A DNA stretch of 63,604 nucleotides, filler included, from Acetivibrio sp. (GTDB lineage Bacteria; Bacillota; Clostridia; Acetivibrionales; Acetivibrionaceae), in NCBI RefSeq assembly GCF_035371925.1. It is 3 parts of 3 records of this genome, joined end to end, with 100 filler letters (N's around TTAATTAATTAA, not from the genome) between each part and the next. Parts side by side here need not be neighbours in the genome. Positions count along the whole stretch, not along the records: positions 1 to 23,272 come from NZ_DAORXT010000044.1; 2 more parts are not named here. One strand, written 5' to 3'. The position numbers were made by a program, and so were the translations under genes. The notes below the pieces were generated by a model. That model had not been told where the DNA came from and made no database searches. It saw only the letters and a list, made by a program, of their open reading frames with translations. Positions 1-8,821 of the stretch are shown in pieces; the first letter of the stretch is position 1; every line of letters begins with the position of its first letter.

Positions 1-1
1 G

Positions 2-235
2 ATTTTCTTCCGTAATGCAATTAATATAGGTTTAATGCTGGTGATAAATCACGAGATCTATGACCATGTTTCTACCGGAGACAACATAGAAGTTGATTTT
101 GAAAACAAACTTATTATAAACAAAAGCAATAATAAAAAATTTGAGTTTAGTATGAATAACATGAGTATAATTGATGAAATTGTAAAGCATAATGGATTAA
201 TCAATTATATAAAAGAGAAAAAGTTCAACGTGTAG
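2..235 (+). CDS. leuD: 3-isopropylmalate/homoaconitate dehydratase small subunit-like (LeuD/HacB), C-terminal part, 5' end outside window
   Basis: Frame is open from base 2 and reads IFFRNAINIGL (LeuD/HacB swivel-domain motif), then GDNIEVDF...GLINYIK. Confidence 0.8.
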   Translation: MFFRNAINIGLMLVINHEIYDHVSTGDNIEVDFENKLIINKSNNKKFEFSMNNMSIIDEIVKHNGLINYIKEKKFNV

Positions 236-245
236 TTGGGGGGAG

Positions 246-899
246 ATGGAAATGTGTAATTTGCAAAATAATGATTTGTTGTGCAGCAAATGTCGCTGCC
301 AAAGAGATAAATTGTTTAAATACATAGACATGAAAAATTCTGTAACAATGGCTACACTTGGACCCGAAGGCACAACAAGCAGCGAAGCGGCAAAAGTTTT
401 TAAAAAATATATAGAAACTAGAAACCAACAGGCTAATTTGAAAATTGATTTATATAATTCTTTTGAGCTGGCATTAAATGAGATTCATAAAAGAAATGCA
501 GACTTTATTCTTTTACCAAATGCTTACGGTAAAATGACTTATTTTTACTGGGACACTACCATTGAACTTGGATTTACTTTTATAAATAAAACACCGGAAT
601 ATGGAATTGCAATGCTCGATAAAAAGAATTTGTATGATAAGCCCACATTATCCATTTCGACTTGTAAAGCAGTTGAACATCTACTGCAAGAATTGATGGA
701 TACAACTGAGTTTAGATATAAAAACTATGAAATTGTTGAGGCAAATTCTACAACAGAATCTTTAATGTTGTTGGAAGACGGAAAAGTAGATTTGGCATTA
801 ACAAATGATACAAGCTTGAAAAACAGCGAAGCGTATTTTATTTCTAAAACAAAATCTACGGAAGTTTTGTGGTCTGTATTTATGTTAAAGACGGTTTAG
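246..899 (+). CDS. BacA-like prephenate decarboxylase (prephenate dehydratase fold, no ACT domain)
   Basis: TLGPEGT, LYNSFE, LPNAY, TPEYGIA, ANST, DLALTN and C-terminal WSVF parallel Bacillus BacA as I recall it; 217 aa, too short for PheA with an ACT domain. Confidence 0.75.
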   Translation: MEMCNLQNNDLLCSKCRCQRDKLFKYIDMKNSVTMATLGPEGTTSSEAAKVFKKYIETRNQQANLKIDLYNSFELALNEIHKRNADFILLPNAYGKMTYFYWDTTIELGFTFINKTPEYGIAMLDKKNLYDKPTLSISTCKAVEHLLQELMDTTEFRYKNYEIVEANSTTESLMLLEDGKVDLALTNDTSLKNSEAYFISKTKSTEVLWSVFMLKTV

Positions 900-973
900 C
901 ACTTAATATGTATTTGAATCTCCTTAAGCAAAGGAGTTAAATATATTTAGTAATTTTTTGTGAGGTTGATACT

Positions 974-1678
974 ATGAGTTTTGGAAAATGTTCTATATGT
1001 AATTCCATTATCCTGTACAAAGAGGATTTTTTCAACGCAAAGTGTGAGTTTTGCGGCAAAGAAGAAGAATCATACATTATTTGCTCAAATAATCACTATC
1101 TTTGTAAGGTGTGTGCAGCAAAAGAGGTCATGGACAAGCTTTATGAATTTATTCCTACTGTTGATTTAAAGAATCCTCTGGATATAGCAGAAAAAATTAT
1201 GAGCAAATGCGGGATTTCCGGACATACACCCCACCCTATAACGGCAGCAGCTTTTCTGACAGCAGTAAAAAATGTTACTAATCATATAACAAATGATGAT
1301 GTACTGGAAGGAGTTTCAAGAGCTTACGATATACCCGGAGGATGGTGTGGATATTATGGTGCTTGTGGTTCGGCTGTAGCGTTAGGTACAAGCTTTAGTG
1401 TTTTGCTGAATGCTACTCCAAATTCAGATAAAGAGCGTAGCATAGCAAATAGAGTAACTGCAGAAGGTTTACACGAAGTTGCTGAGTTGGGAGGCCCATA
1501 TTGTTGTGTTTCATCAGTAAGAGCAGTTTTGGAAAAAGGAATAGAACTATCAAAAAAATACTTTGGACTTGAGTTTCCCGAAAAGCAAATTAAATACAAA
1601 AAGTGTTGGGCGGCTACATTTCAGCCAAATTGTAAAAAAGAGAAATGTAGGTTTTACAATATGGAATTAGAAAAATAA
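974..1678 (+). CDS. Cys-rich DUF5714-like putative redox/metal-binding protein
   Basis: 15 Cys: N-terminal CxxC/CxxC/CxxxxxxCxxC, GGWCGYYGACG, GPYCC and a C-terminal C-x8-C-x4-C. Confidence 0.65.
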   Translation: MSFGKCSICNSIILYKEDFFNAKCEFCGKEEESYIICSNNHYLCKVCAAKEVMDKLYEFIPTVDLKNPLDIAEKIMSKCGISGHTPHPITAAAFLTAVKNVTNHITNDDVLEGVSRAYDIPGGWCGYYGACGSAVALGTSFSVLLNATPNSDKERSIANRVTAEGLHEVAELGGPYCCVSSVRAVLEKGIELSKKYFGLEFPEKQIKYKKCWAATFQPNCKKEKCRFYNMELEK

Positions 1679-1746
1679 TAGCTTTTTTATTTATAAAATT
1701 TATAAATAAATTTATAAATAAAAAGAATTATTTTTACGAGGGTAAT

Positions 1747-2802
1747 ATGAGTAAGAGTTTAAAAACTTTAAGACAGGAAATTGATGATGTTAATAGTTCT
1801 ATTCTTGAATTGCTCAATAAAAGAACAGAATTAATAAAGGAAATAGTGGATTTAAAAGATCAAAAGGGGATTGAATATTTTGATGCTGAACGTGAAACAG
1901 AAATGATGGAGAAAATCCTGGGACAAAATAGCGGTCCCTTATATAATGAACTTGTAAGAGAGATTTTTAGTACCATATTTTCTGCATCATTGAAATTTAT
2001 GGGTATTAGTCATCAAAAAAAGCTGTTGGTAAGTTCAAGCTCGAAGGAATGCTTTATGAGTGTTCATGAGATGTTTGGATTAGCTGACAATGAATTATTT
2101 ATAATTGCAGGACCGTGTGCAGTTGAAACGCCTGAATATCTTGAAATAATCGCCGGACATTTAAGAGAGAAAAATATTAAATTTATAAGAGCAGGCGCCT
2201 ACAAGCCAAGGACATCGCCATATGACTTCCAGGGACTGAAGAAAAAAGGCCTGGAAATATTACGTGAAGTTTCTAAACGTTATGGGCTGTTTAGTGTTAC
2301 TGAAGTGGTTGACACAAGAGAGGTGGATTTGGTAGCACAATATGCAGATATACTTCAAATTGGTGCAAGAAATATGCAAAACTTTGAACTGTTAAAAGAG
2401 GTAGGTAAAACCAATCATCCGGTATTATTGAAAAGAGGAATTAGTGCAACAATCCAGGAATTAATTTTTGCTGCAGAGTATATTGCGTTAAATGGAAATA
2501 AAAAGATAATTTTGTGTGAACGCGGAATCAGAACTTATGAAACAAAAACAAGAAATACACTTGATATTTCTTCAATCCCTATTATAAAAAAGGAAACACA
2601 ATTACCGATTATTGCCGATTTAAGCCATTCACTTGGGAGAAAAGATATAGTTAATAATATTGCAAAAGCTGTTCTTTCAGCAGGTGCTGACGGTATCATG
2701 GTAGAGGTTCATCCAATTCCCGAACTGGCTCTTTCCGACAGTAAACAACAACTTAATTTGAATGAATTTGACGATATGCTTGATTTTATAACGAGGAAAT
2801 AG
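1747..2802 (+). CDS. Bifunctional chorismate mutase / DAHP synthase (Bacillus AroA(G) architecture)
   Basis: N-terminal LRQEID...LLNKR chorismate mutase type II domain; IAGPCAVE, GAYKPRTSPYDFQG, QIGARNMQNF, LCERGIRT, DLSHS of class I-beta DAHPS. Confidence 0.92.
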   Translation: MSKSLKTLRQEIDDVNSSILELLNKRTELIKEIVDLKDQKGIEYFDAERETEMMEKILGQNSGPLYNELVREIFSTIFSASLKFMGISHQKKLLVSSSSKECFMSVHEMFGLADNELFIIAGPCAVETPEYLEIIAGHLREKNIKFIRAGAYKPRTSPYDFQGLKKKGLEILREVSKRYGLFSVTEVVDTREVDLVAQYADILQIGARNMQNFELLKEVGKTNHPVLLKRGISATIQELIFAAEYIALNGNKKIILCERGIRTYETKTRNTLDISSIPIIKKETQLPIIADLSHSLGRKDIVNNIAKAVLSAGADGIMVEVHPIPELALSDSKQQLNLNEFDDMLDFITRK

Positions 2803-2870
2803 CTATAAAGAAGGCAATTCAATGGAGACATTGTTAAAATCATATGGAATTTGGTTTACATACGAAACTA

Positions 2871-2900
2871 TTGACATATGCAACTATTATCTAATATTAT
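2871..2900 (+). promoter_or_regulatory. Putative sigma-A promoter upstream of GNAT-nifHDK-like unit
   Basis: TTGACA (2871-2876), 18-nt spacer, TATTAT (2895-2900). Confidence 0.5.
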
Positions 2901-2992
2901 ATATGTATGATGATAAATAATTCTGATTGAATCAGAATAGAAAACTAATTTATTATAGTTTTTGTAATTATAATTTTTGTAGGAAAAGTGGG

Positions 2993-3568
2993 ATGATTAT
3001 GGTTATTAAACAACTGTCTGATTACGGTTGCGAAGTTAAGTTGAGAGAATTTATTGAAGATTTATTTAATAATTGGAAGCAGGAAAGCTCTTTTTCGCAA
3101 GAAAATATTTGCTGCCCTCAACGGCCTATTAATGAGATAATGGAAAAAGTTGAGGCAGTTGACGGAAATGCGTCTGAGTTTATAATTGCTTTTGATGAGA
3201 AAACCGAAAGCATTTGCGGCATGCTGTATATTACATTTAATTCTGATAACTCAGCACATATTAGCTTGGTAAATGTCAGCCCTAAATATAGAAGAATGAG
3301 AGTTGGCTTTTCATTATTAAGCTATTCTATGATTTTATCTGCGAAGAAGGGCATTGATTGTGCAATGCTGGAGACTTGGAACGGCAATCACAGGGCAATT
3401 GCATTATTTGAAAAGTTTGGGTTTACTAAAACTTCGGCTGATGAAAAAACAATTGAGCTTAAAACCAATTTGCCTAAAATTCTGCAACAAGCATTTCCCG
3501 ATTTGAAAAGTCTTTCATTGGATTATTCAATTTTAAATGACGAAGTTTTGCAAAAGATTTTATCATAA
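2993..3568 (+). CDS. GNAT family acetyltransferase
   Basis: VNVSPKYRRMRVGFSLL acetyl-CoA motif A; NHRAIALFEKFGF motif B. ATG 2993 chosen over TTG 2927; start uncertain. Confidence 0.8.
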   Translation: MIMVIKQLSDYGCEVKLREFIEDLFNNWKQESSFSQENICCPQRPINEIMEKVEAVDGNASEFIIAFDEKTESICGMLYITFNSDNSAHISLVNVSPKYRRMRVGFSLLSYSMILSAKKGIDCAMLETWNGNHRAIALFEKFGFTKTSADEKTIELKTNLPKILQQAFPDLKSLSLDYSILNDEVLQKILS

Positions 3569-3632
3569 ACTTTTCAAATATGGACAAATAGCACAGAATT
3601 GAAGTTTTAACATAGTAAAATGAACGAAAAAG

Positions 3633-4472
3633 GTGAAAAAATTGAAAAGTATAAAGCAAATTGCTATTTACGGCAAGGGTGGAATCGGAAAATCAACTAC
3701 GTGTTCAAATATATCAGCTGCATTGGGTTTAATGGGATACAGGGTATTGCAAATCGGATGCGATCCGAAAGCTGATTCTACAAAGAACTTGGTTGGCGGA
3801 AGAAAAATGCCGAATATTTTGGATTATGTCAAAGAAAATTCAAAGGACATTTCAATTGATAAAATAGTTACTAAAGGATTTGCCGGTACATACTGTATAG
3901 AAGCCGGAGGACCGGAGCCCGGAATAGGATGTGCAGGCAGAGGGATTATATCGGCTATTGAAATTATTGAGCAGCTAAACTTATTTAAGGAATTGGACAT
4001 TGAAGTAGTAGTATACGATGTTTTAGGAGATGTTGTTTGTGGCGGTTTTGCAGTTCCGCTGAGAATGGGATTTGCAAAAGAGGTATATTTGGTTACCTCG
4101 GGGGAAGTAATGGCATTATATGCTGCCAACAACATTGCAAAAGCCATCAATAGATTCGGTCAAAGAAGTGATGTACGATTGGGCGGAATTATATGCAACC
4201 GGCGTAATGCATACTTAGAGAAAGAAATCGTAAGTTTGCTTTCGGATAAATTAAGCACACAGGTTATTGGATGGATTCCAAGAGATAACATTGTTCAAGA
4301 ATGTGAGTTGGCTGAAAAGACTGTAATGGAGGGCAGTCCTGATTCCAATCAGGCTCAAGTTTACAGAGAGTTGGCCAAGAGCATTCTTGAAAACGAAAAT
4401 TTTGTAATTCCTACTCCTTTAACGGATGAGGAGTTTGATAAATTAGTTAAGGAACCGTTAATAAAAAGATAG
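3633..4472 (+). CDS. nifH: Nitrogenase iron protein-like reductase (NifH/BchL/CfbC family)
   Basis: [12 protein letters not shown]-loop, [22 protein letters not shown] and [13 protein letters not shown] with both [4Fe-4S] Cys. Confidence 0.93.
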   Translation: MKKLKSIKQIAIYGKGGIGKSTTCSNISAALGLMGYRVLQIGCDPKADSTKNLVGGRKMPNILDYVKENSKDISIDKIVTKGFAGTYCIEAGGPEPGIGCAGRGIISAIEIIEQLNLFKELDIEVVVYDVLGDVVCGGFAVPLRMGFAKEVYLVTSGEVMALYAANNIAKAINRFGQRSDVRLGGIICNRRNAYLEKEIVSLLSDKLSTQVIGWIPRDNIVQECELAEKTVMEGSPDSNQAQVYRELAKSILENENFVIPTPLTDEEFDKLVKEPLIKR

Positions 4473-4482
4473 GATGTAGATA

Positions 4483-5838
4483 ATGAGCAAAGAAGTTGAA
4501 AGCAAGATAGCAATGTTAAGTACATTGGTTAAAGAAGTAAAAGCTGACAATTTAAATATCAGGGATTGTATTGACATGCACCAATTTTGTGCATTTTGGG
4601 GTGCATTCGATATTTTAAATTATTTTAATGATGTAGTAATTCTTGTGCACGGTCCTTCCGGTTGTCTGGGCAATAGAAGATTTCTTCCGGCAATGGGACA
4701 TTTAGGAGAGTGTGATAATAAACCTCATTTATCAACTTCATTTACAAATAGAGAAGTTATCTTCGGCGGGGAAAAGAAGTTGATAGATAGTCTAAATGAA
4801 GTAAACAATCAGTACAATCCCAAAATCATTGCTGTTTTGACCAATTGCTGTGCGGATATAATCGGAGATGATGTTGAAGGATGTATAGAGGGGTTGCCTG
4901 AAGAAATAAGAAGAAAAACAATTTATCTAAATTCAGGCGGATTTTCCGGGAAATCCTACAGACGCGGCACAGAGATGGCATTTAAACTTTTAGCCAAGCA
5001 TATGCCAATGGACATGCATACATCGGATAAATCTGACAGAAATGGAGAACAAAAAAGTGTAAATCTGTTTTTAAGGCGTTGGATTTGGGATCAGACAAAG
5101 CAGGAAGAAATAAATGAAATAAAGAGAATGCTTGAAATGATTGGCGTAAAATTAAACAAAATATTTAATCAAGGTATATCAATTGAAGATTTTTATGAAA
5201 TGCAAAATGCACAATTGAATGTTGCTTTATGCTTATTCTTTGGCATGGGGCTTTTTGAGGAACTGAACAACAAATTTAATATTCCTTATTCAAAGGTCAC
5301 ATATCCAATGGGGTTATTTGCCACAAAGAAGTGGCTAAATGAGATTATAAGAATTCTTCAGTTGGATGTTAATCTTGAAGAAATAGAGGAAGTTAAGCAG
5401 CTGGAAGAGCAGCGTAGGAAATTAGTAAATGAAATAGGAAAAGGACGAAAGTGTATTATCTGGACACAGACCGGAGAACGTATGCTTGCGCTGGTGAAGC
5501 TGGCATATGAACTGGAAATGGACCCTATAGTTGTAGGTGTCGAACCTTCAATAGTTAAAGACAAATTACCCATATTTGAAAAAGAAGTATTGGAAGACGG
5601 ACTTGACGTGAAAGTATTTGCTTCAAAGTATATTGAAGATGTTAAAGGATTAATAGATTATTTGGGAGACCCGGTGATTTTTTGCAACAATAATTATTTT
5701 CCCAACCAAACAGTTTTTAAGTATAGGTTTGCACATAATCCTGTATACGGGTTTAACGGTACAAGAAAAATATATCAGGAAATGTTCAATGCATTAAAAA
5801 GAAAGAGCAATAAATATTCATTATTTGTGGAAGGTTGA
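4483..5838 (+). CDS. Nitrogenase component 1-like, alpha (NifD-like), divergent
   Basis: FCAFWG, HGPSGC, NCCADIIGDD (three cluster-Cys positions), LNVALC, C-terminal HNPVYGFNG. Confidence 0.85.
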   Translation: MSKEVESKIAMLSTLVKEVKADNLNIRDCIDMHQFCAFWGAFDILNYFNDVVILVHGPSGCLGNRRFLPAMGHLGECDNKPHLSTSFTNREVIFGGEKKLIDSLNEVNNQYNPKIIAVLTNCCADIIGDDVEGCIEGLPEEIRRKTIYLNSGGFSGKSYRRGTEMAFKLLAKHMPMDMHTSDKSDRNGEQKSVNLFLRRWIWDQTKQEEINEIKRMLEMIGVKLNKIFNQGISIEDFYEMQNAQLNVALCLFFGMGLFEELNNKFNIPYSKVTYPMGLFATKKWLNEIIRILQLDVNLEEIEEVKQLEEQRRKLVNEIGKGRKCIIWTQTGERMLALVKLAYELEMDPIVVGVEPSIVKDKLPIFEKEVLEDGLDVKVFASKYIEDVKGLIDYLGDPVIFCNNNYFPNQTVFKYRFAHNPVYGFNGTRKIYQEMFNALKRKSNKYSLFVEG

Positions 5839-5842
5839 AAAT

Positions 5843-7120
5843 ATGAGAAATACAAATCTATGCATTGATTCAATTGAAAAATGCGGTATACTTGGCGTCA
5901 GCCATGTAATTGCCCAAATAGTGAATTCTTCAGTTGTTATTCATGGACCGAAAGGGTGTGTTTATCCGGCTTACGAAGCCTCAATAAATTACCCTTTAAA
6001 TATAAACTATACTGAGATGTGTGAAAAGTCCACTGTTTTTGGTGGGGAGCATAATGTAAGCGAAAAAATAGTTGACGAGTTTTACGAAAATAGCCCCGAT
6101 TTAATGGCTGTAATAACCACTTGCTCATCTGAAATAATTGGAGATGATATTGACGGATTAATAAAACTTGCCAACCTGCCGATTCCTGTAATTCGAGTTG
6201 ACGGTGGAGGATTTCTTAACACGCAGACATCTGGAATGAATGTGGCTATGAGAGCATTAATTGAAAAATTGTGTGAAAACGGTGATAATACTTATCCGCT
6301 GGTAAATTTAATCAGCCCGGTTTGTATAAGTTCAAGTTGGCAAGAGGATGTCAAATATCTGTCTGATTTGCTAAATGAATTTGGAATTAAAGCAAGGCCG
6401 TTATTTTGTAATGCAACTGTTGAAGATATAAGAGATTATTGTCGTGCACGCCTGAATGTAATAATATGTTCGCCAATTGGGCTGGATGCTTGCGAATATA
6501 TGAGCAGGAGGTTTGGGATTCCGTATATATCTTTACCGTATCCTATAGGTGCGGAAAAAACGGAATTTTTTATTAAAAGTATTGCAGAGGCTTTGCAAAA
6601 CAAGAACGATATATCACCCCTGCTGGAAGAAAAAAGAACTGCTATTAAGAGAAAATTTAATAACGGCATGGGCAAAGTAAACACTTTCAGACTTTTTGAA
6701 AATATAAAAAAATTAAAAAAGATGATAGTTGGGCCTCCGGAAATTGCACTGGCATATTTAAGGATTATAGTAAATGAATTTGAAGACAAAATAGACACAG
6801 TAATTGTAAAAAGTTTGTCGATTGAAGATGCTGATGAAATTAAAGCCAAGATTAAGGAAGTATCTTCTTTAACGGAAGTAATTATTACGGGTGATAATCA
6901 GATAGTAAAAGAAAGTATACAAAACTTGAAGCCTCAGGTTTTGCTGGGAAGTGATACTGAATATTATTTTGCAAAAGAATCTTGTGAACCTGCATATATT
7001 AATATTTGTTATCCGGGCGCAAGAGAAATATACTTTAACCGACATCCTGTAGCAGGATACGAAGGAGTATTACATTTCTTTGAGCAATGGTATAACAAAA
7101 TTATTAACAGATACTATTAA
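5843..7120 (+). CDS. Nitrogenase component 1-like, beta (NifK-like), divergent
   Basis: KCGILG, HGPKGC, TTCSSEIIGDD, LNVIIC, HPVAGYEG; ATG 5843 follows GGAAGG and lies just after the alpha stop. Confidence 0.85.
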   Translation: MRNTNLCIDSIEKCGILGVSHVIAQIVNSSVVIHGPKGCVYPAYEASINYPLNINYTEMCEKSTVFGGEHNVSEKIVDEFYENSPDLMAVITTCSSEIIGDDIDGLIKLANLPIPVIRVDGGGFLNTQTSGMNVAMRALIEKLCENGDNTYPLVNLISPVCISSSWQEDVKYLSDLLNEFGIKARPLFCNATVEDIRDYCRARLNVIICSPIGLDACEYMSRRFGIPYISLPYPIGAEKTEFFIKSIAEALQNKNDISPLLEEKRTAIKRKFNNGMGKVNTFRLFENIKKLKKMIVGPPEIALAYLRIIVNEFEDKIDTVIVKSLSIEDADEIKAKIKEVSSLTEVIITGDNQIVKESIQNLKPQVLLGSDTEYYFAKESCEPAYINICYPGAREIYFNRHPVAGYEGVLHFFEQWYNKIINRYY

Positions 7121-7146
7121 TATTCTGCATGAAGGGAGGATTAAAT

Positions 7147-7326
7147 GTGAGCCAGGAAGATGTTAAAATCAAAACAAATGAACAAGCTATTGAAAAAAGC
7201 AGTGTAAATGAGTCTGTTAACGAGGTAAATGGGTGCTGTTGCGAAGATAGTTGCTGTGATCTGTTTAGTTACAAGAGGCCGACAGAGGAAGACAGGAAAA
7301 AGACCAAGAGAAAAACTTGCTGCTAA
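7147..7326 (+). CDS. Small Cys-rich peptide (59 aa; CCC, CC, terminal CC)
   Basis: Strong RBS GGAGG (7135-7139) before GTG 7147; follows the nifK-like stop and precedes a 20-bp hairpin. Confidence 0.7.
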   Translation: MSQEDVKIKTNEQAIEKSSVNESVNEVNGCCCEDSCCDLFSYKRPTEEDRKKTKRKTCC

Positions 7327-7349
7327 TGAATATTGAAAATCCAAAGTAG

Positions 7350-7398
7350 TCAGAGTAATCTACTGTTAAATAATTTGCTTAACGGTAGATTATTCTGA
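7350..7398 (+). terminator. Long stem-loop ending the nifHDK-like/peptide unit
   Basis: TCAGAGTAATCTACTGTTAA / TTAACGGTAGATTATTCTGA: 20-bp stem with two G-U pairs, 9-nt loop, followed by TTTT. Confidence 0.65.
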
Positions 7399-7589
7399 TT
7401 TTAGCATTAAATTTGCAGTATGAGTAAGTTGGAAAGAAAAAAATATATTTATTAACGTTGAAAATTATGAACAGTTAATATATATTAAACTTAATTACTA
7501 TAATTATTTGCAGTAATAACAGCATTATAAAAATGCATTATAGTAATCGAAGGGAAATATTTATTTGTTAAAGGAATGGTGATTTCGAT

Positions 7590-8807
7590 ATGTCATGTGA
7601 TTGTTACGGCGATTCTGCAGAATTGCTGCAAAAAGCGGAAAAATCTTTAATGTATGTTACCAATCGTCCGGATATAGTTTTTGTAAAAGGTAAGGGTTCA
7701 TATCTATGGGATAGTAATTCCAACAAGTATTTGGATATGATAGCGGGCTGGGCTGTGTGTTGTTTGGGCCACTCTCACGAAGTAATGGTTGATGCTTTGA
7801 CAAATCAAGCAAAATTACTGATAAACCCAAGTCCTTCTTTTTATAATGTGCCTGCAATAGAGTTTGCAGATTTGCTTACAAAAATCTCCTGTATGGATAA
7901 AGTCTTCTTTATTAATTCTGGAGCAGAAGCGAATGAGGGTGCTATTAAACTGGCCAGAAAATACGGTCAAAAACATATGAACGGAGCTTTTGAAATTATT
8001 ACTGCCTGGAATAGTTTTCATGGAAGAACATTGGCTATGATGGCCGCTTCGGGCAAAAAAGCGTGGGAGAACCTTTATAATCCTAGACCGCAGGGATTTG
8101 CAAAGGTACAATACAATGATATCGAGTCGTTAAAACAAGCAATTTCCGAAAATACCTGTGCCGTTATGCTTGAGCTTGTTCAAGGAGAGGGTGGTGTAAT
8201 AGTAGCCGATAAAACATATGTTAAACAGGTACGTAAGCTTTGTGATGAAAATAATATCTTACTTATAATCGATGAGGTACAAACCGGATTAGGCAGGCTG
8301 GGACACATGTTTGCATATGAATATTATGAAATCGAACCTGATATAATGACACTTGCAAAAGGCATAGGAGGAGGATTCCCGCTTTCGGCTCTTCTTGCAA
8401 AAGACAGGGTATGCTGTTTTGAAGCCGGAGATCAGGGTGGAACCTATAGTATGACACCTTTGGCTACTGCAGTAGGAAAGGCGGTAGTTGAGGAGATTAT
8501 CAATTCGGATTTGTGCAATAACGCAAAAAAAATGGGTGAATATTTTACTGAGCAATTATATAAATTGATGGAACAATATGATATCATAAAGGAAGTAAGA
8601 GGAAAAGGCCTGCTGCTTGCAATTGGGTTACATAAAGAAATTGCTAACGAGATAAGAGATGAATGCTTGAATAATTTCTTGATTATTAATGCTCCGAATA
8701 CAAAAACACTAAGGTTTATGCCGGCTTTAAATATTTCCAGGGCTGAAATTGATGAGGCTGTAAGTATTTTAAGCAATGTTTTGGATAAGATTTCTAAAAA
8801 ATCTTGA
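7590..8807 (+). CDS. argD: Class III PLP aminotransferase, acetylornithine aminotransferase-like
   Basis: NSGAEANEGAIK, SFHGRT, ELVQGEGG, DEVQTGLGR, TLAKGIGGG. Actual substrate unverified. Confidence 0.8.
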   Translation: MSCDCYGDSAELLQKAEKSLMYVTNRPDIVFVKGKGSYLWDSNSNKYLDMIAGWAVCCLGHSHEVMVDALTNQAKLLINPSPSFYNVPAIEFADLLTKISCMDKVFFINSGAEANEGAIKLARKYGQKHMNGAFEIITAWNSFHGRTLAMMAASGKKAWENLYNPRPQGFAKVQYNDIESLKQAISENTCAVMLELVQGEGGVIVADKTYVKQVRKLCDENNILLIIDEVQTGLGRLGHMFAYEYYEIEPDIMTLAKGIGGGFPLSALLAKDRVCCFEAGDQGGTYSMTPLATAVGKAVVEEIINSDLCNNAKKMGEYFTEQLYKLMEQYDIIKEVRGKGLLLAIGLHKEIANEIRDECLNNFLIINAPNTKTLRFMPALNISRAEIDEAVSILSNVLDKISKKS

Positions 8808-8821
8808 AAGAGGTGTTGTTT

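Noticed and set aside
246..899. Housekeeping prephenate dehydratase PheA
   Set aside because: No ACT domain and no TRF motif; the motif pattern fits BacA better.
3633..7120. DPOR/COR, CfbCD or confident MarHDK assignment
   Set aside because: No tetrapyrrole or methanogenesis genes, and NifB argues against DPOR/Cfb. No methionine or sulfur-salvage neighbours support Mar. Phylogeny is needed.
7141..7344. 67-aa minus-strand ORF opposite the Cys-rich peptide
   Set aside because: No RBS noticed; it is the antisense shadow of the better-supported plus-strand ORF.
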